A DNA stretch of 47,456 bases from positions 1-47,456 of the forward strand of contig JBFELL010000002.1 in the NCBI GenBank assembly GCA_041552135.1, given 5' to 3'. This document shows positions 27,954 to 38,952 of this stretch, piece by piece. Positions within the stretch are counted from its first letter, which is position 1; every line of letters starts with the position of its first letter. Below the pieces are notes generated by a model. It saw nothing but the letters and a program-made list of their open reading frames with translations, was not told the DNA's origin and did not search any database. Source of the stretch: Gammaproteobacteria bacterium. GTDB taxonomy: Bacteria > Pseudomonadota > Gammaproteobacteria > UBA9214. The translations under genes were made by a program, and so were the position numbers.

Positions 27954-28361
27954 TTACAGTCCCTGCGGCGAGGGGGCCGGCGTAGGTGCATTCTGGTGGA
28001 CAATCAGGCGCCAGCCGTCACCGGCTCTTCTGTAGATATTCGTGCCGTAAAACGGCGCCGGGGCCGGTTGCCCGGGCGGCGGATTCTGGATGGTCTCCTC
28101 CACCTGGTGGATGGCGATATCATCCGTTTGAATCCAGCCCAGGTGCCTGACCGACAGTGCCACTCCCTGCCCCCGGGAAAACAGGTGGCTGAACAGCTCT
28201 TCAACCTGCTGACGCCCCTGGACCATCGGATACATCGGCAGAAGACAACAGATGTCGTCGGTGTCTGCCCAGAGGGCAAACAGCTGGTTGAGATCCCCGT
28301 CTTCCAGTGCATCGTAGAAGGCGTCTTCGGCATCCTGCGGCGTGTTGTAGGCCTGTGTCAT
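27954..28361 (-). CDS. NTF2-like / SnoaL-like (DUF4440-type) protein
   Basis: 135 aa. The pattern AEDAFYDALEDGDLNQLFALWADTDD...GDGWRLIVHQ is typical of small NTF2-fold proteins. Confidence 0.65.
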   Translation of the reverse strand: MTQAYNTPQDAEDAFYDALEDGDLNQLFALWADTDDICCLLPMYPMVQGRQQVEELFSHLFSRGQGVALSVRHLGWIQTDDIAIHQVEETIQNPPPGQPAPAPFYGTNIYRRAGDGWRLIVHQNAPTPAPSPQGL

Positions 28362-28601
28362 AGTGTTTGTCCGGTAGGGTTATTCGTCGATCACTGCAAT
28401 CAGGCAGTGCGTCCCGGCAGTATATCGACATTCTGTATCCAGTTGAAAACAGGGTGATGCGCACCGGGATTCGCCTGAATGCGGCTACAGTCACCAGCTC
28501 GCGGTCAACAGACATAGCGGACGTCAATCCAGTCTGATCCTTATGTGACCGATTTTCTTGCAGATGATCGACATGGGCCTCCTGTGCGACAGGGCGGGAA
28601 T

Positions 28602-28964
28602 TCATGTCCCGGTGCCGTACATGAAGTGCGAGGCAAGAAACACACACGGATCGCTGCTGGCTTCCAGCAGGCTTCTTACCTCAGACAGGATCGATTTTTC
28701 CTGCCCGACGGGAAGCACAAAACTGACATCGCCAGCACGTGCGCTGTTTCCACTGATCGCAAGCAGCAGACTCTGCTCCCTGCGCAGCACACCACGATAC
28801 AGCGCTTTCCTCAGCCTTGCCGGCAGAACGAACCCGACCTGGCTTTTCTCATACAGCCAGCTTATGCCAGACGCGTGGTCAGTGAAGGTCGCATGCTCCC
28901 CGAAGGCCCGGCACCGGCCCTTGAAATAGGCGGCATAACGCCTGACCCTGTAATCATGCGTCAT
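28602..28964 (-). CDS. hypothetical protein
   Basis: A 120-aa ORF immediately downstream of purL on the same strand. No recognisable motifs, so coding status is uncertain. Confidence 0.35.
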   Translation of the reverse strand: MTHDYRVRRYAAYFKGRCRAFGEHATFTDHASGISWLYEKSQVGFVLPARLRKALYRGVLRREQSLLLAISGNSARAGDVSFVLPVGQEKSILSEVRSLLEASSDPCVFLASHFMYGTGT

Positions 28965-29008
28965 GCGTTCAGGCAGGCCTGCAGGAATGTCCCGCTAGCC
29001 GGTCTGCA

Positions 29009-32000
29009 TCAGCCGACCCAAAGCCGGGCATTGCGGAACATGCGCATCCACGGCGCATCCTCATCCCAGCCATCCGGATGCCAGGAATGCTGCACGGTAC
29101 GAAACACGCGTTCCGGGTGCGGCATCATGATGGTCACGCGCCCCCCGGCTGCCGTCAGGCCGGTGATGCCTTCCGGCGAGCCGTTCGGGTTGGCAGGATA
29201 GCGTGTCGCCACCCGACCGTGCCCGTCGACATAGCGGGTAGCAACGATGCCGCTGTCCAGCGCCCGCTCGGCGCCGTCCGCAGAACGGAACTCGGCACGA
29301 CCTTCACCGTGCGCGACGGCAATCGGTATTACCGAACCCGTCATGCCTGCAAAAAACATCGAGGGTGAATCCAGGATTTCAAGCTGTGATACACGCGCCT
29401 CGAACTGCTCGGAACGGTTGCGCACGAACCGGGGCCAGCCCGCCGCACCGGGTATCAGCTCGTGCAGGGTCGAGAGCATCTGGCAGCCGTTGCAGACCCC
29501 CAGCGCGAAACTGTCGTCCCGCGCGAAGAACTCGCTGAACATGTCACGCAGGCTGGCGTGGTAGAGCACGGACTTGGCCCAGCCCTGCCCCGCGCCGAGC
29601 ACGTCACCGTAGGAAAAACCGCCACAGGCCACCATGCCCTTGAAATCGGCCAGCGTCACGCGCCCGGCCAGCAGGTCGCTCATGTGGACATCGACCGCGC
29701 TAAAGCCGGCACGATGGAAGGCCGCGGCCATCTCGACATGTCCGTTGACGCCCTGTTCGCGCAGGATGGCGACCCGCGGCCGCACGCCGGTGGCGACCAG
29801 GGGGGCGGCGACATCCTCGTCGATATCGAATGTCGTGCGGCACTGGATACCCAGGTCGGTCTTGTCCAGCAGCGCATCGTATTCCTCCTGCGCACACGCC
29901 GGGTTGTCGCGCAGGGACTGCATGCGGCAGGTGGTCTCCGACCAGGCGCGCTGCAGGTCGATACGCGACTCGGCCAGCTGGATACGGGTGTCCCAGGTCA
30001 CGGTGATCTGGTCGGCGTCGTTCAGCGTGCCGATAACGTGGCTGTAGTGACCCAGCCCGGCCAGGTGCAGCACCTCGAGCACGGTATCCGTGTCACTGTG
30101 GCGCACCTGGATGAGCGCCCCGAGTTCCTCGCTGAACAGTGCCGCAACCGGGTCATCGCCGAGTTCATCCAGCTGGACCGTCACACCGCTGCGCCCGGCA
30201 AAGGCCATTTCGCAGGCGCAGGCAAACAGGCCGCCGTCGGAGCGGTCATGGTAGGCCAGCAGCAGGCCATCCGCATTCAGCTCCTGGATGGCGGCAAAGA
30301 AGGCGCGCAGGGCGCCGGGATCATCCAGGTCCGGCGGGTGATGGCCGACCTGCTTGTAGACCTGTGCCAGCGCCGAGCCGGCCAGGCGGTTGTGACCCTT
30401 GCCGAGATCGATCAGCACCAGGTCGGTGTCGCCCATGTCGGTGCGCAACTGCGGCGTCAGCGTCTTGCGCACATCGCTCACCGGCGCGAAGGCCGAGACA
30501 ATCAGTGACAGCGGCGCCGTTACCGAGCGCTCCTCCTCCCCTTCCCGCCACACCGATTTCATGGACATGGAATCCTTGCCCACCGGTATCGCGATACCCA
30601 GCGCCGGGCAGAGCTCCGCCCCGACCGCCCTGACGGTGTCGAACAGGCTGGCATCCTCCCCCGGGTGCCCGGCCGGCGCCATCCAGTTGGCCGACAGCGC
30701 AACCTTGCCCAGGGCATCAATGCGACTGGCAGCGATGTTGGTGATGGCCTCGCCCACAGCCATACGGCCGGATGCCGGTCCGTGCACCAGCGCGATCGGC
30801 GCGCGCTCGCCCATCGCCATGGCCTCGCCGGTGTGCCCGTCATAGTCCGAGGCCGTCACGGCCACATCAGCCACCGGTACCTGCCAGGGGCCGACCATCT
30901 GGTCGCGTGTGACCATGCCGGTCACGGAACGATCGCCGATGGTGATCAGGAAGGTCTTGTCGGCCACCGTCGGCAGACGCAATACCCGGTAGGCGGCTTC
31001 CCGCATGTCGAGGCCATGGGTGGAAAACCCCGGTTTCTCGAACGGGTGGTGCCTCACGTCACGCAGCATCTTCGGCGGCTTGCCCAGCAGCAGCTCCATG
31101 GGCAGGTCGATCGGCGTGTTGTCGAAGTGCGCGTCACCCAGCACCAGCTTCTGCTCGTCCGTCGCCTCGCCCAGCACGGCATACGGACAGCGCTCGCGTT
31201 CGCACAGCGCCTGGAAATCCGCCAGGCGCGCACTGTCGATCGCCAGCACATAGCGTTCCTGCGATTCGTTGCACCAGACCTGCATGGGCGACATGCCGGG
31301 ATCGTCATTCGGCACCGCCCGCAGCTCGAAGCTGCCGCCGCGGCCGCTGTCATTGACGAGTTCCGGAACGGCATTGGAGAGACCGCCGGCACCGACATCG
31401 TGGATTGACAGCACGGGATTGTCGTCACCCAGCGACCAGCAGGCATCGATAACCTCCTGTGCACGGCGCTCCATTTCCGGGTTGCCGCGCTGCACGGAGG
31501 CGAAATCGAGGTCCTCGGCGCTTGCGCCGCTGGACATGGAAGACGCCGCACCGCCGCCAAGACCGATCAGCATGGCCGGACCGCCGAGCACGACGATCGG
31601 TGTCCCGGCAGGTATATTGCCCTTGTCCACGTGCGCCTCGCGGATCGTGCCGCAGCCGCCGGCCAGCATGATGGGCTTGTGATAGCCACGCACCTCGGGG
31701 CCCTGTGGCCCCGGCACCCGCTCCTCGAAGGTACGGAAGTAGCCGCACAGGTTTGGCCGGCCGAACTCGTTGTTGAATGCGGCGGCGCCAAGCGGGCCCT
31801 CGATCATGATGTCCAGCGCCGAGACGATGCGGCCCGGGCGACCGTGATCGGTTTCCCAGGGCTGCACCAGCCCCGGCAGTCGCAGGTTGGAGACCGAGAA
31901 GCCGCACAGGCCGGCCTTGGGTTTTGCACCACGCCCCGTGGCACCCTCGTCGCGGATCTCGCCACCGGAACCGGTGGCCGCGCCCGGGAATGGCGAAATG

Positions 32001-32908
32001 GCCGTCGGGTGGTTATGCGTCTCCACCTTCATGACCAGGTGTGCCGGCTCGTGCTGCGGCCGGTACTCACGCGTGCCGGCGTCCGCGAAAAAGCGATTGA
32101 CGCGGTAACCCTCGCTCACTGCCGCATTGTCACTGTAGGCCGACAGGATGCCGTCCGGATTCGCCCGGTAGGACTCCCGGATCATGCCGAACAGGCTGCG
32201 GTCCTGTGGCCTGCCGTCGATGATCCAGTCGGCATTGAAGATCTTGTGCCGGCAGTGTTCGGAATTCGCCTGGGCAAACATCATCAGCTCGATGTCGACC
32301 GGATTGCGCCCCAGTGCCGTGAAATTCTCCGTCAGGTAGTCGATTTCATCGTCCGAGAGTGCCAGGCCGAGGGCGTTGTTGGCAGCCTCCAGCGCGGCCT
32401 TGCCGCCACCGATAACATCCACACTCTCGAAGGGAGTGGGCCCGGCATGCAGGAACAGGTCATCGGTATCGTTGATGTCGAACAGCACGCTCTCGGTCAT
32501 GCGGTCATGCAGCAGTGGCAGGATGGCATCGTATTGCGCATCTGTCAGCGCCGCCTCTGCGGTCATGCCCAGCGTATACACGATGCCGCGCTCCACCCGG
32601 ACAACCTTGTCCAGCCCGCAGTTGTGCACGATATCGGTTGCCTTGCTCGACCACGGCGAGATCGTGCCGGGACGCGGCACCACGGCCAGGGTAATGCCCT
32701 CCGCCGCCTGTTCCGGGCGCGCCGGCCCGTAGCTCAGCAACTTCTCCAGGATCGCCTGCTCGGCATCGGTGAGCGGCTCCTCGAGTTCGGCGATATGCAG
32801 GTAGTCCGCCGACACGCTGCGGATACCAACGGCGACGTCCTGCAGCTGCGACAACAGTTTTTCGAGACGAAATTCAGACAGCGCAGGGCTGCCGCGCAAA
32901 TGAAGCAT
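29009..32908 (-). CDS. purL: phosphoribosylformylglycinamidine synthase (single-chain, large PurL)
   Basis: 1299 aa with full-length similarity to gammaproteobacterial PurL. This includes the C-terminal glutaminase domain (GVCNGCQ nucleophile, MPHPER). Confidence 0.97.
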   Translation of the reverse strand: MLHLRGSPALSEFRLEKLLSQLQDVAVGIRSVSADYLHIAELEEPLTDAEQAILEKLLSYGPARPEQAAEGITLAVVPRPGTISPWSSKATDIVHNCGLDKVVRVERGIVYTLGMTAEAALTDAQYDAILPLLHDRMTESVLFDINDTDDLFLHAGPTPFESVDVIGGGKAALEAANNALGLALSDDEIDYLTENFTALGRNPVDIELMMFAQANSEHCRHKIFNADWIIDGRPQDRSLFGMIRESYRANPDGILSAYSDNAAVSEGYRVNRFFADAGTREYRPQHEPAHLVMKVETHNHPTAISPFPGAATGSGGEIRDEGATGRGAKPKAGLCGFSVSNLRLPGLVQPWETDHGRPGRIVSALDIMIEGPLGAAAFNNEFGRPNLCGYFRTFEERVPGPQGPEVRGYHKPIMLAGGCGTIREAHVDKGNIPAGTPIVVLGGPAMLIGLGGGAASSMSSGASAEDLDFASVQRGNPEMERRAQEVIDACWSLGDDNPVLSIHDVGAGGLSNAVPELVNDSGRGGSFELRAVPNDDPGMSPMQVWCNESQERYVLAIDSARLADFQALCERERCPYAVLGEATDEQKLVLGDAHFDNTPIDLPMELLLGKPPKMLRDVRHHPFEKPGFSTHGLDMREAAYRVLRLPTVADKTFLITIGDRSVTGMVTRDQMVGPWQVPVADVAVTASDYDGHTGEAMAMGERAPIALVHGPASGRMAVGEAITNIAASRIDALGKVALSANWMAPAGHPGEDASLFDTVRAVGAELCPALGIAIPVGKDSMSMKSVWREGEEERSVTAPLSLIVSAFAPVSDVRKTLTPQLRTDMGDTDLVLIDLGKGHNRLAGSALAQVYKQVGHHPPDLDDPGALRAFFAAIQELNADGLLLAYHDRSDGGLFACACEMAFAGRSGVTVQLDELGDDPVAALFSEELGALIQVRHSDTDTVLEVLHLAGLGHYSHVIGTLNDADQITVTWDTRIQLAESRIDLQRAWSETTCRMQSLRDNPACAQEEYDALLDKTDLGIQCRTTFDIDEDVAAPLVATGVRPRVAILREQGVNGHVEMAAAFHRAGFSAVDVHMSDLLAGRVTLADFKGMVACGGFSYGDVLGAGQGWAKSVLYHASLRDMFSEFFARDDSFALGVCNGCQMLSTLHELIPGAAGWPRFVRNRSEQFEARVSQLEILDSPSMFFAGMTGSVIPIAVAHGEGRAEFRSADGAERALDSGIVATRYVDGHGRVATRYPANPNGSPEGITGLTAAGGRVTIMMPHPERVFRTVQHSWHPDGWDEDAPWMRMFRNARLWVG

Positions 32909-32968
32909 GGCGATACCGTAATCGGGGTTTCCGGGAGCGGGAAATGATACTGGATGGGTCAGGCAAAG

Positions 32969-33739
32969 TCAGGCAGGCCAGTCAATCACACGCCAGTCAA
33001 AGCCGGTCTCCTGCCCGGCAACACCGACCCGCTCAACCGCGCAATCCAGCGCGCCGGCGAGGGCCTCGCGGGCCAGGTCCGGCTGGTTGTTCTGCTCGCT
33101 GAGGTGGGCCGCCACGATATGCTGCAGACGCGAGGTGTCGATCTCCGCGAGCAGGCCGGCTGCCTGGCTGTTGCTGAGGTGCCCCAGCGGACCGCCGACG
33201 CGCGCCTTGAGGCGGCTGGAGTAAGGACCATGCGCCAGCATGCCGGTGTCGTGGTTGCACTCCAGCAACAGGGCATCGCAGGCATGGAGTGATTCGCGGA
33301 TATGGGCGGTAATCCTGCCGGTGTCGGTCAGCATGCCGAAACGGCGCACGCCATCGCTGAAGGCGAACTGGCAGGGCTCACGCGCATCATGCGGTACGGT
33401 GTAGGGGTGCACCTCGAGTTCGCCAAGCCCGCGGCTGTGATGGCCGTCGATATAGTGCAGCTCAAGGGAGTTATCGTCCTGCATGGCCAGGTGGGTACCG
33501 CGTGTCAGCCACACCGGCAGGCGGTACTTTCTTGCCAGCACCGCCACCCCGCGTATATGGTCACCATGCTCATGCGTCACCAGCACGGCGGACAGCTGTT
33601 CCGGGGAGCGATCGAGGCGGGCCATGCGTCGTTCGGTCTCGCGACAGGAAAAACCGCAGTCCACCATCACCAGGGTGGAACCGGCCTCGATCAGGGTGGC
33701 GTTGCCGCGGCTGCCGCTGCCAAGCGAGGCAAACTGCAT
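32969..33739 (-). CDS. MBL-fold metallo-hydrolase
   Basis: 256 aa counted from the ATG at 33739 (MQFASLGSGSRGNA...). The HxHxDH motif is present (THEHGDH). Confidence 0.85.
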   Translation of the reverse strand: MQFASLGSGSRGNATLIEAGSTLVMVDCGFSCRETERRMARLDRSPEQLSAVLVTHEHGDHIRGVAVLARKYRLPVWLTRGTHLAMQDDNSLELHYIDGHHSRGLGELEVHPYTVPHDAREPCQFAFSDGVRRFGMLTDTGRITAHIRESLHACDALLLECNHDTGMLAHGPYSSRLKARVGGPLGHLSNSQAAGLLAEIDTSRLQHIVAAHLSEQNNQPDLAREALAGALDCAVERVGVAGQETGFDWRVIDWPA

Positions 33740-33888
33740 GTTAGCGGGACAGCCCGCGGCCGGCGGCCGGCACCGCTGAAATGGCCGCAAGCGGGTTCGT
33801 CTCGCCCCCGGCCCGCGGATACAGGCCCCTGCCCTGAACGGGCGGGCTTAGCGGATTTCGCACCATGGCCGTTCCCGCGCCCGCAGTC

Positions 33889-35022
33889 CTAGCGCAGCTG
33901 CTCCTCGAGCAGGGTCAGGATCCGCTTGCCGGTGCTGGAAGTCTCGCGGTTGCCGTTGGCATCGTTGACGATGACGTGGGTCTGCGGACCCTCGGCAAGC
34001 AACTCGATCTGGTACTGCCTGGCCACCGCCTCGTCCTTCGACCAGAATGCCAGCCCGGACAACAGGCCATCATCGTTCTGTGTGGCCAGCGGGTCGCTGT
34101 AGCGCACGTAGTAGATGCCTTCCGCGCGGTTGCGGTCCTCGACCGCAAAGCCGACACGGTCCAGCGCGATGCCGGTGCGCCGCCAGGCACGCGAGAAGCC
34201 CTCGTTCACAATCAGCATCGCACCGGTATCATCCGCCACCAGCTGCGCACGCTCCTGGCGCGGTGCCCGTGTGGCCAGCATGGTCTGCGCCTTCTGCTGC
34301 TCGATGCCCAGGTACACCATCAGGCGCTTGAGCATCTCGGCCTCGAGCTCCGGGTCGGTTGGCCTTGGCTTCCAGACCGTGCTGGCGTCGGTCGCCGGGC
34401 CCGTCACCACTTCCTCCACCCCCCGGTGGGTCAGAAAGAGTTCCGTGGTGCCGGTCTCTGCACCGGCCTCCAGCCGGACACGGTACTGGTCACGCGTCGC
34501 GGCCGAGTAGGCCACGTCGATCACCTTGCCCAGCGTATCGCGGATCAGGCCCTGCGGAATATCGGCACGGTTTTCCGCCCAGCCGGTCTCGATAATGCCC
34601 ACCCGCGGATCCTCCAGCTTCAGCAGAAAGCCTTCCTGCATCCAGAATTCCCTGACCCGGGGCCAGACCTCGCCCGGTGTGGCCTGGATGACCAGCCACT
34701 GCTGGTCGCCATCCCGCTCGACCCGCAGACTGCCGGTATCGGCATCGGGCAGCACCGCGTCCTTGCCGATGGTGGAATCCGCATCCTGGTAGCGGGTTGA
34801 ACTGATCGATTCGACCATGGCCGGCGCCTCGTTGATCGTGGTGGACGACAGGTCCGGCGGCACCTCGAGCGCCTCGGTCGTGTCGCTCTTCCTGTAATCG
34901 ATCTTCCTGCCGGGGGCGACCTTGTCAGCCGCACCGCAGCCGTTCAGCAACAGCACGGCGGCCAGCGCCAGCAGGGGGGTTCGGGTAGAGACATTCAGTT
35001 GCATCATAGGTTTCCAGTTCAT
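33889..35022 (-). CDS. bamC: outer membrane protein assembly factor BamC (NlpB)
   Basis: It has a lipoprotein signal (LLLNGCGA) and an ATGA overlap with the dapA stop. The dapA-bamC pairing is conserved in gammaproteobacteria. Confidence 0.8.
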   Translation of the reverse strand: MNWKPMMQLNVSTRTPLLALAAVLLLNGCGAADKVAPGRKIDYRKSDTTEALEVPPDLSSTTINEAPAMVESISSTRYQDADSTIGKDAVLPDADTGSLRVERDGDQQWLVIQATPGEVWPRVREFWMQEGFLLKLEDPRVGIIETGWAENRADIPQGLIRDTLGKVIDVAYSAATRDQYRVRLEAGAETGTTELFLTHRGVEEVVTGPATDASTVWKPRPTDPELEAEMLKRLMVYLGIEQQKAQTMLATRAPRQERAQLVADDTGAMLIVNEGFSRAWRRTGIALDRVGFAVEDRNRAEGIYYVRYSDPLATQNDDGLLSGLAFWSKDEAVARQYQIELLAEGPQTHVIVNDANGNRETSSTGKRILTLLEEQLR

Positions 35023-35897
35023 TCCAGGATGCCGGCCTGCCGGAGCGCCTGGCGCAGTGGTTCACGAAATTCTTCCGCCAGCGGTGTCATCGGCAGCCGG
35101 ATACCCTCAGGAATCATGCCCATTTCATACAGCGCCCACTTGACGGGTATCGGGTTCGACTCGAGGAACAGTGCACGGTGAAGCCCCTCTAGCGGCTGGT
35201 TGAGCCGGGCAGCGAGATCGCGATTGCCCGCCAGTGCGGCGGCGCACATGTCGTGCATGGCCCGGGGTGCGACATTGGCCGTCACCGAGATGTTGCCCTT
35301 GCCGCCCAGCAGGATGAGCTCCATGGCCGTTTCGTCATCACCGCTGTAGACATCGAGGCTGTCGCCGCAACACTCGATGATCGCGCCCGCCCGCTCCAGG
35401 TCGCCGGTGGCCTCCTTGATACCGATAATATTGGAGATGCCGGCAAGACGCTCAACGGTCGCCGGCAGCATGTCGCATGCCGTGCGCCCGGGGACATTGT
35501 AGAGAATCTGCGGCATCGGCACGGCTTCGGCCACCGCACGGAAATGCTGGTAGAGGCCTTCCTGGGTCGGCTTGTTATAATAAGGTGTCACCAGCAGGCA
35601 GGCATCGGCACCGGCATCCAGTGCACAACGGGTCAGCACAATGGCCTCGCGGGTGGAGTTGGCGCCGGTCCCGGCGATAACAGGGATCCGGCCGGCTGCC
35701 ATCTGCACCGTCCGGCGTATGACGTGGCAGTGCTCGGCTTCATCCAGCGTGGCCGACTCACCGCTGGTACCCACGCTGACAATCGCATCCGTGTGGTTTG
35801 CGACGTGGAAATCGACCAGCTGCTGCAGGCTGTCCTCGTCGACTGCGCCGTCCCTGTGCATGGGCGTAACCAGCGCAACCATACTGCCGTGAAACAT
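35019..35897 (-). CDS. dapA: 4-hydroxy-tetrahydrodipicolinate synthase
   Basis: 292 aa. It starts MFHGSMVALVTPM and has the GTSGES and IIGIKEATG (active-site Lys) motifs. Confidence 0.95.
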   Translation of the reverse strand: MFHGSMVALVTPMHRDGAVDEDSLQQLVDFHVANHTDAIVSVGTSGESATLDEAEHCHVIRRTVQMAAGRIPVIAGTGANSTREAIVLTRCALDAGADACLLVTPYYNKPTQEGLYQHFRAVAEAVPMPQILYNVPGRTACDMLPATVERLAGISNIIGIKEATGDLERAGAIIECCGDSLDVYSGDDETAMELILLGGKGNISVTANVAPRAMHDMCAAALAGNRDLAARLNQPLEGLHRALFLESNPIPVKWALYEMGMIPEGIRLPMTPLAEEFREPLRQALRQAGILE

Positions 35898-36079
35898 GAA
35901 TCAGAACTCCGGACCCGGTGTGAGACCGACATGGTACTGGCGCCACCCCCGACTGACAAGACAATCACGGCCGCCGGAAGACCCGACAGCGGCCATCTGC
36001 CCGCTACCCGGGCCCGCCAAAAATGGTAAACTCCACGCCGAGTTAATCTGGACGGCGTCAAGGCCCGCATCTGCCCACA

Positions 36080-36631
36080 GTGAACAGTCAACCCACAGCA
36101 AAACCAAACCAGCTGGTGATATCTGCCATCGGCGAGGACAAGCCCGGCATCGTCGACGAACTGTCACGCTGCATCATGAGCAGCGGCTGCGGCATTGTCG
36201 ACAGCCGAATGACCATACTGGGCGGCGACTTCGCCATCCTGATGCTGGTCGACGGCAACTGGAACAGCCTCGCCAAGCTGGAGACCCAGCTTCAGCCACT
36301 GGAGGAACGCCTCGGGCTGACCATCACGGCACGGCGCACGTCGCCGAAGGAACCGCGCCGCGACCTGCTGCCCTACGGCATCGATGTGGCCGCCATGGAT
36401 CAGCCAGGCATTGTCCACAACCTGGCCCGGTTCTTCTCGCAGCGCCAGATCAATATCCAGGAGATGGTCACATCGAGCTATGCCGCGGCCCACACCGGAA
36501 CACCGATGTTTACCGTTCACATGACCGTCGATATCCCGGCCAGCCTGCAGATCTCCGCACTGCGCGAGGAGTTCATGGACGTCTGCGACCAGCTTAACCT
36601 GGACGCCGTCATGGAACCGATCAAGGCATAG
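36080..36631 (+). CDS. gcvR: glycine cleavage system transcriptional repressor GcvR (tandem ACT domains)
   Basis: 183 aa with a GTG start. It is close to E. coli GcvR as I remember it (LVISAIGEDKPGIVDELSRCIMSSGCGIVDSRMTILGGDFAILML). The gene is divergent from dapA and followed by bcp, as in E. coli. Confidence 0.8.
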   Translation: MNSQPTAKPNQLVISAIGEDKPGIVDELSRCIMSSGCGIVDSRMTILGGDFAILMLVDGNWNSLAKLETQLQPLEERLGLTITARRTSPKEPRRDLLPYGIDVAAMDQPGIVHNLARFFSQRQINIQEMVTSSYAAAHTGTPMFTVHMTVDIPASLQISALREEFMDVCDQLNLDAVMEPIKA

Positions 36632-36703
36632 ACACCGCAGGCGGCAGCCGTACGCACCCGAACTGCATCACAGGCAACCCGACCCGAAGGAAGAACGCGA
36701 GAC

Positions 36704-37171
36704 ATGGCCAAGGTATCCGTTGGAAAGAAAGTAACCGGCTTCACACTGCCGGCAACCGGCGAACAGGAAATCGCCCTGGCCGACCTGAAGGGCAAGAATA
36801 TCGTGCTGTATTTCTACCCCAAGGACAGCACGCCGGGTTGCACTACCGAAGGCCAGGACTTCCGCGACAAGATACACACCTTCCGCCGCCGGAACACCGT
36901 CATACTCGGCGTATCGCGGGACAGCATCAAGTCACACGAGAACTTCAAGGCCAGGCAGCAGTTTCCGTTTGAACTGCTGTCCGATGCCGACGAGGCGCTC
37001 TGCAGGCAGTTCGACGTCATCCGCGAAAAGAACATGTACGGCCGCAAGGTCATGGGCATCGAGCGCAGCACCTTCCTGATCGACGACAAGGGCGTACTGC
37101 GCCGGGAATGGCGCAAGGTGAAGGTCCCCGGGCATGTCGAGGAGGTGCTGGAGGCGATCAGGGAGCTTTGA
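36704..37171 (+). CDS. bcp: thioredoxin-dependent thiol peroxidase (peroxiredoxin Bcp)
   Basis: 155 aa. The peroxidatic Cys motif YFYPKDSTPGCTTE is present. Confidence 0.92.
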   Translation: MAKVSVGKKVTGFTLPATGEQEIALADLKGKNIVLYFYPKDSTPGCTTEGQDFRDKIHTFRRRNTVILGVSRDSIKSHENFKARQQFPFELLSDADEALCRQFDVIREKNMYGRKVMGIERSTFLIDDKGVLRREWRKVKVPGHVEEVLEAIREL

Positions 37172-37179
37172 AACAACCG

Positions 37180-37425
37180 TTCACCGCGAAGACACGCAGG
37201 ACGCAAGGAAATACGGGGGCTGGAATCAAACCCCGTTGTCATCCCCGTGAAGGCGGGGATCCATGAACATGGCATTTCAATTCTGAATGGATTCCCGCCC
37301 GGTCGCTCCGGGTTGCCGCTAACGGCATCCTGCCTTCCGCGACACGTGTAGATCCTGTACATCGCACGGAAATGGGCGTTCTTGCGATTTTTTAAACTTT
37401 GCGCCCTTTGCGACCTTGCGGTGAA
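37180..37425. repeat. palindromic MITE/REP-like element, TTCACCGC family (copy E, divergent) with internal REP-type hairpin
   Basis: The left arm is TTCACCGCGAAGACACGCAGGACGCAAGG (37180-37208) and the right arm is CTTTGCGCCCTTTGCGACCTTGCGGTGAA (37397-37425). They form an imperfect inverted repeat with identical TTCACCGC termini. An internal ATCCCCGtgaagGCGGGGAT hairpin lies at about 37240-37262. Confidence 0.6.
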
Positions 37426-37452
37426 AAAGCCTTGGCTGGCACAAGCCGGTTT

Positions 37453-38535
37453 TCAGGCTGACAGCGGCTTTTCCGGTACCTCATCCTCGGCCCCTTTCCT
37501 GGGCCAGGCATTCAGCACGGCCTGTACCAGCGTTGCCAGTGGTATCGCGAAGAACACGCCCCAGAGGCCCCATACTCCGCCGAAAACCAGCACGGCGATG
37601 ATGATCGCCACCGGGTGGAGATTGACGACCTCGGAAAACAGCAGCGGCACCAGCAAGTTGCCGTCCAGCGCCTGGATGACGCCGTAGGCAAGTATGATCC
37701 AGGCAAAATCCGCGCTCCAGCCCCACTGGAACCAGGCAATGATGGCAACGGGCACGGTCGCCACGGCCGCGCCGATATAGGGAACGATCACCGACAAACC
37801 GACCATGGTGGCCAGCAGGAGGGCATATTGCAGCCCCATCAGCGAGAAGGTCGCAAACGTCACCGCGCCGACGATAACAATCTCCCAGACCTTGCCGCGC
37901 ACATAGTTGGCGACCTGCAGATTGACGTCATGCCAGACCTGGTCGGTCAGCCGGCGCTCTGCCGGCATGCGCATGCTGAACCAGCCCAGGATGTGTTCCT
38001 TGTCCTTGAGAAAGAAAAACGCCAGCACCGGCACGAGGATGATGTAGACCATCAGCGCGATCAGACCGACCACCGAGGCAAACGACATCGACAGGACATG
38101 CTGCGTCATCTCGGCAATCTGGCGCCGGATGGCGTCGATCAGTTCATTCACCTGGGTCTCGGTAAACAGGTACGGATATTTGTCCGGCAGCCGCAGCAGC
38201 GCCTCCTGGCCCTGCCCCAGCATGACCGGCAGCTGCTGGACCAGTTGCGTCACCTGGGATGACAGCCGCGGCATCAACCAGAGCAGTGCAAACACCAGGA
38301 AGGTCATGAAGAAAATAAACACCAGCACCACGGCCGGGGTCCGCGGCGCGCCCAGCCGGGTGCACTTGCCCACCAGGCCATCCAGCAGGTAGGCGATGAT
38401 GATGCCGGCCAGCACCGGCGCCAGCATATCGCCGAAGTAGATGGCCACCATGAAACCGGCCAGCAGCAGTAGCCCGAGGATAACCACCTGCGGATCAGTG
38501 AAATAACGGTCGTACCAGACGCGCAGGATGTTCAT
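37453..38535 (-). CDS. perM: AI-2E family transporter (PerM/YdiK-like permease)
   Basis: 360 aa and polytopic, with full-length AI-2E/PerM-like sequence (e.g. LLVPLLFSEVVNLHPV). Confidence 0.85.
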   Translation of the reverse strand: MNILRVWYDRYFTDPQVVILGLLLLAGFMVAIYFGDMLAPVLAGIIIAYLLDGLVGKCTRLGAPRTPAVVLVFIFFMTFLVFALLWLMPRLSSQVTQLVQQLPVMLGQGQEALLRLPDKYPYLFTETQVNELIDAIRRQIAEMTQHVLSMSFASVVGLIALMVYIILVPVLAFFFLKDKEHILGWFSMRMPAERRLTDQVWHDVNLQVANYVRGKVWEIVIVGAVTFATFSLMGLQYALLLATMVGLSVIVPYIGAAVATVPVAIIAWFQWGWSADFAWIILAYGVIQALDGNLLVPLLFSEVVNLHPVAIIIAVLVFGGVWGLWGVFFAIPLATLVQAVLNAWPRKGAEDEVPEKPLSA

Positions 38536-38921
38536 GAGGTGTCGTCGCAGCCCTGGCTGTGTTGACGGTAATGCTCGCGGAAGATCTCCTCGAGCGCATC
38601 AATCGCATCGGCGGCCTCGGTCCCCTGCAGTATGTGCTTCGCCACAAGGTCTGAGGTCGCACTGAGCATCAGGCTCTTGTCGAGCATGGGATAGGTCCTC
38701 GACAGGCGTTTCAGCGCACCGACCACGGTCTCGCTGGCAGGCCGTTCGATGGGCTCCGGATCAGGTATTGCGCCGGGCTCCGCCGCGGCTGGTGCCGGCG
38801 GCGGCGCGACAACCGCGCCCCCGCGCTGCGCGAGGAACTCGCCAAAAGCGTACAGGGTCGCCCTGTCGGCCGCGTCAAGCCGCCGGAAAATCCGGATCAG
38901 TTGCTGTTCAGCCGCATCCAT
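38532..38921 (-). CDS. hypothetical protein, translationally coupled to perM
   Basis: 129 aa. Its stop overlaps the perM start (ATGA). Helical N- and C-terminal parts are joined by a Pro/Ala linker. No family recognised. Confidence 0.5.
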   Translation of the reverse strand: MDAAEQQLIRIFRRLDAADRATLYAFGEFLAQRGGAVVAPPPAPAAAEPGAIPDPEPIERPASETVVGALKRLSRTYPMLDKSLMLSATSDLVAKHILQGTEAADAIDALEEIFREHYRQHSQGCDDTS

Positions 38922-38952
38922 CTAGGCAAGATAGCCCGGGTGCTGCCCGCTG

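Noticed and set aside
28545-29201. 218-aa plus-strand ORF overlapping the 3' end of purL and the 120-aa hypothetical ORF.
   Set aside because: It is antisense to purL and has no motifs. It is a shadow ORF.
36814-37362. 182-aa minus-strand ORF spanning the antisense of bcp and repeat copy E.
   Set aside because: It is antisense to a clear peroxiredoxin gene and runs through the palindromic element. It has no motifs.
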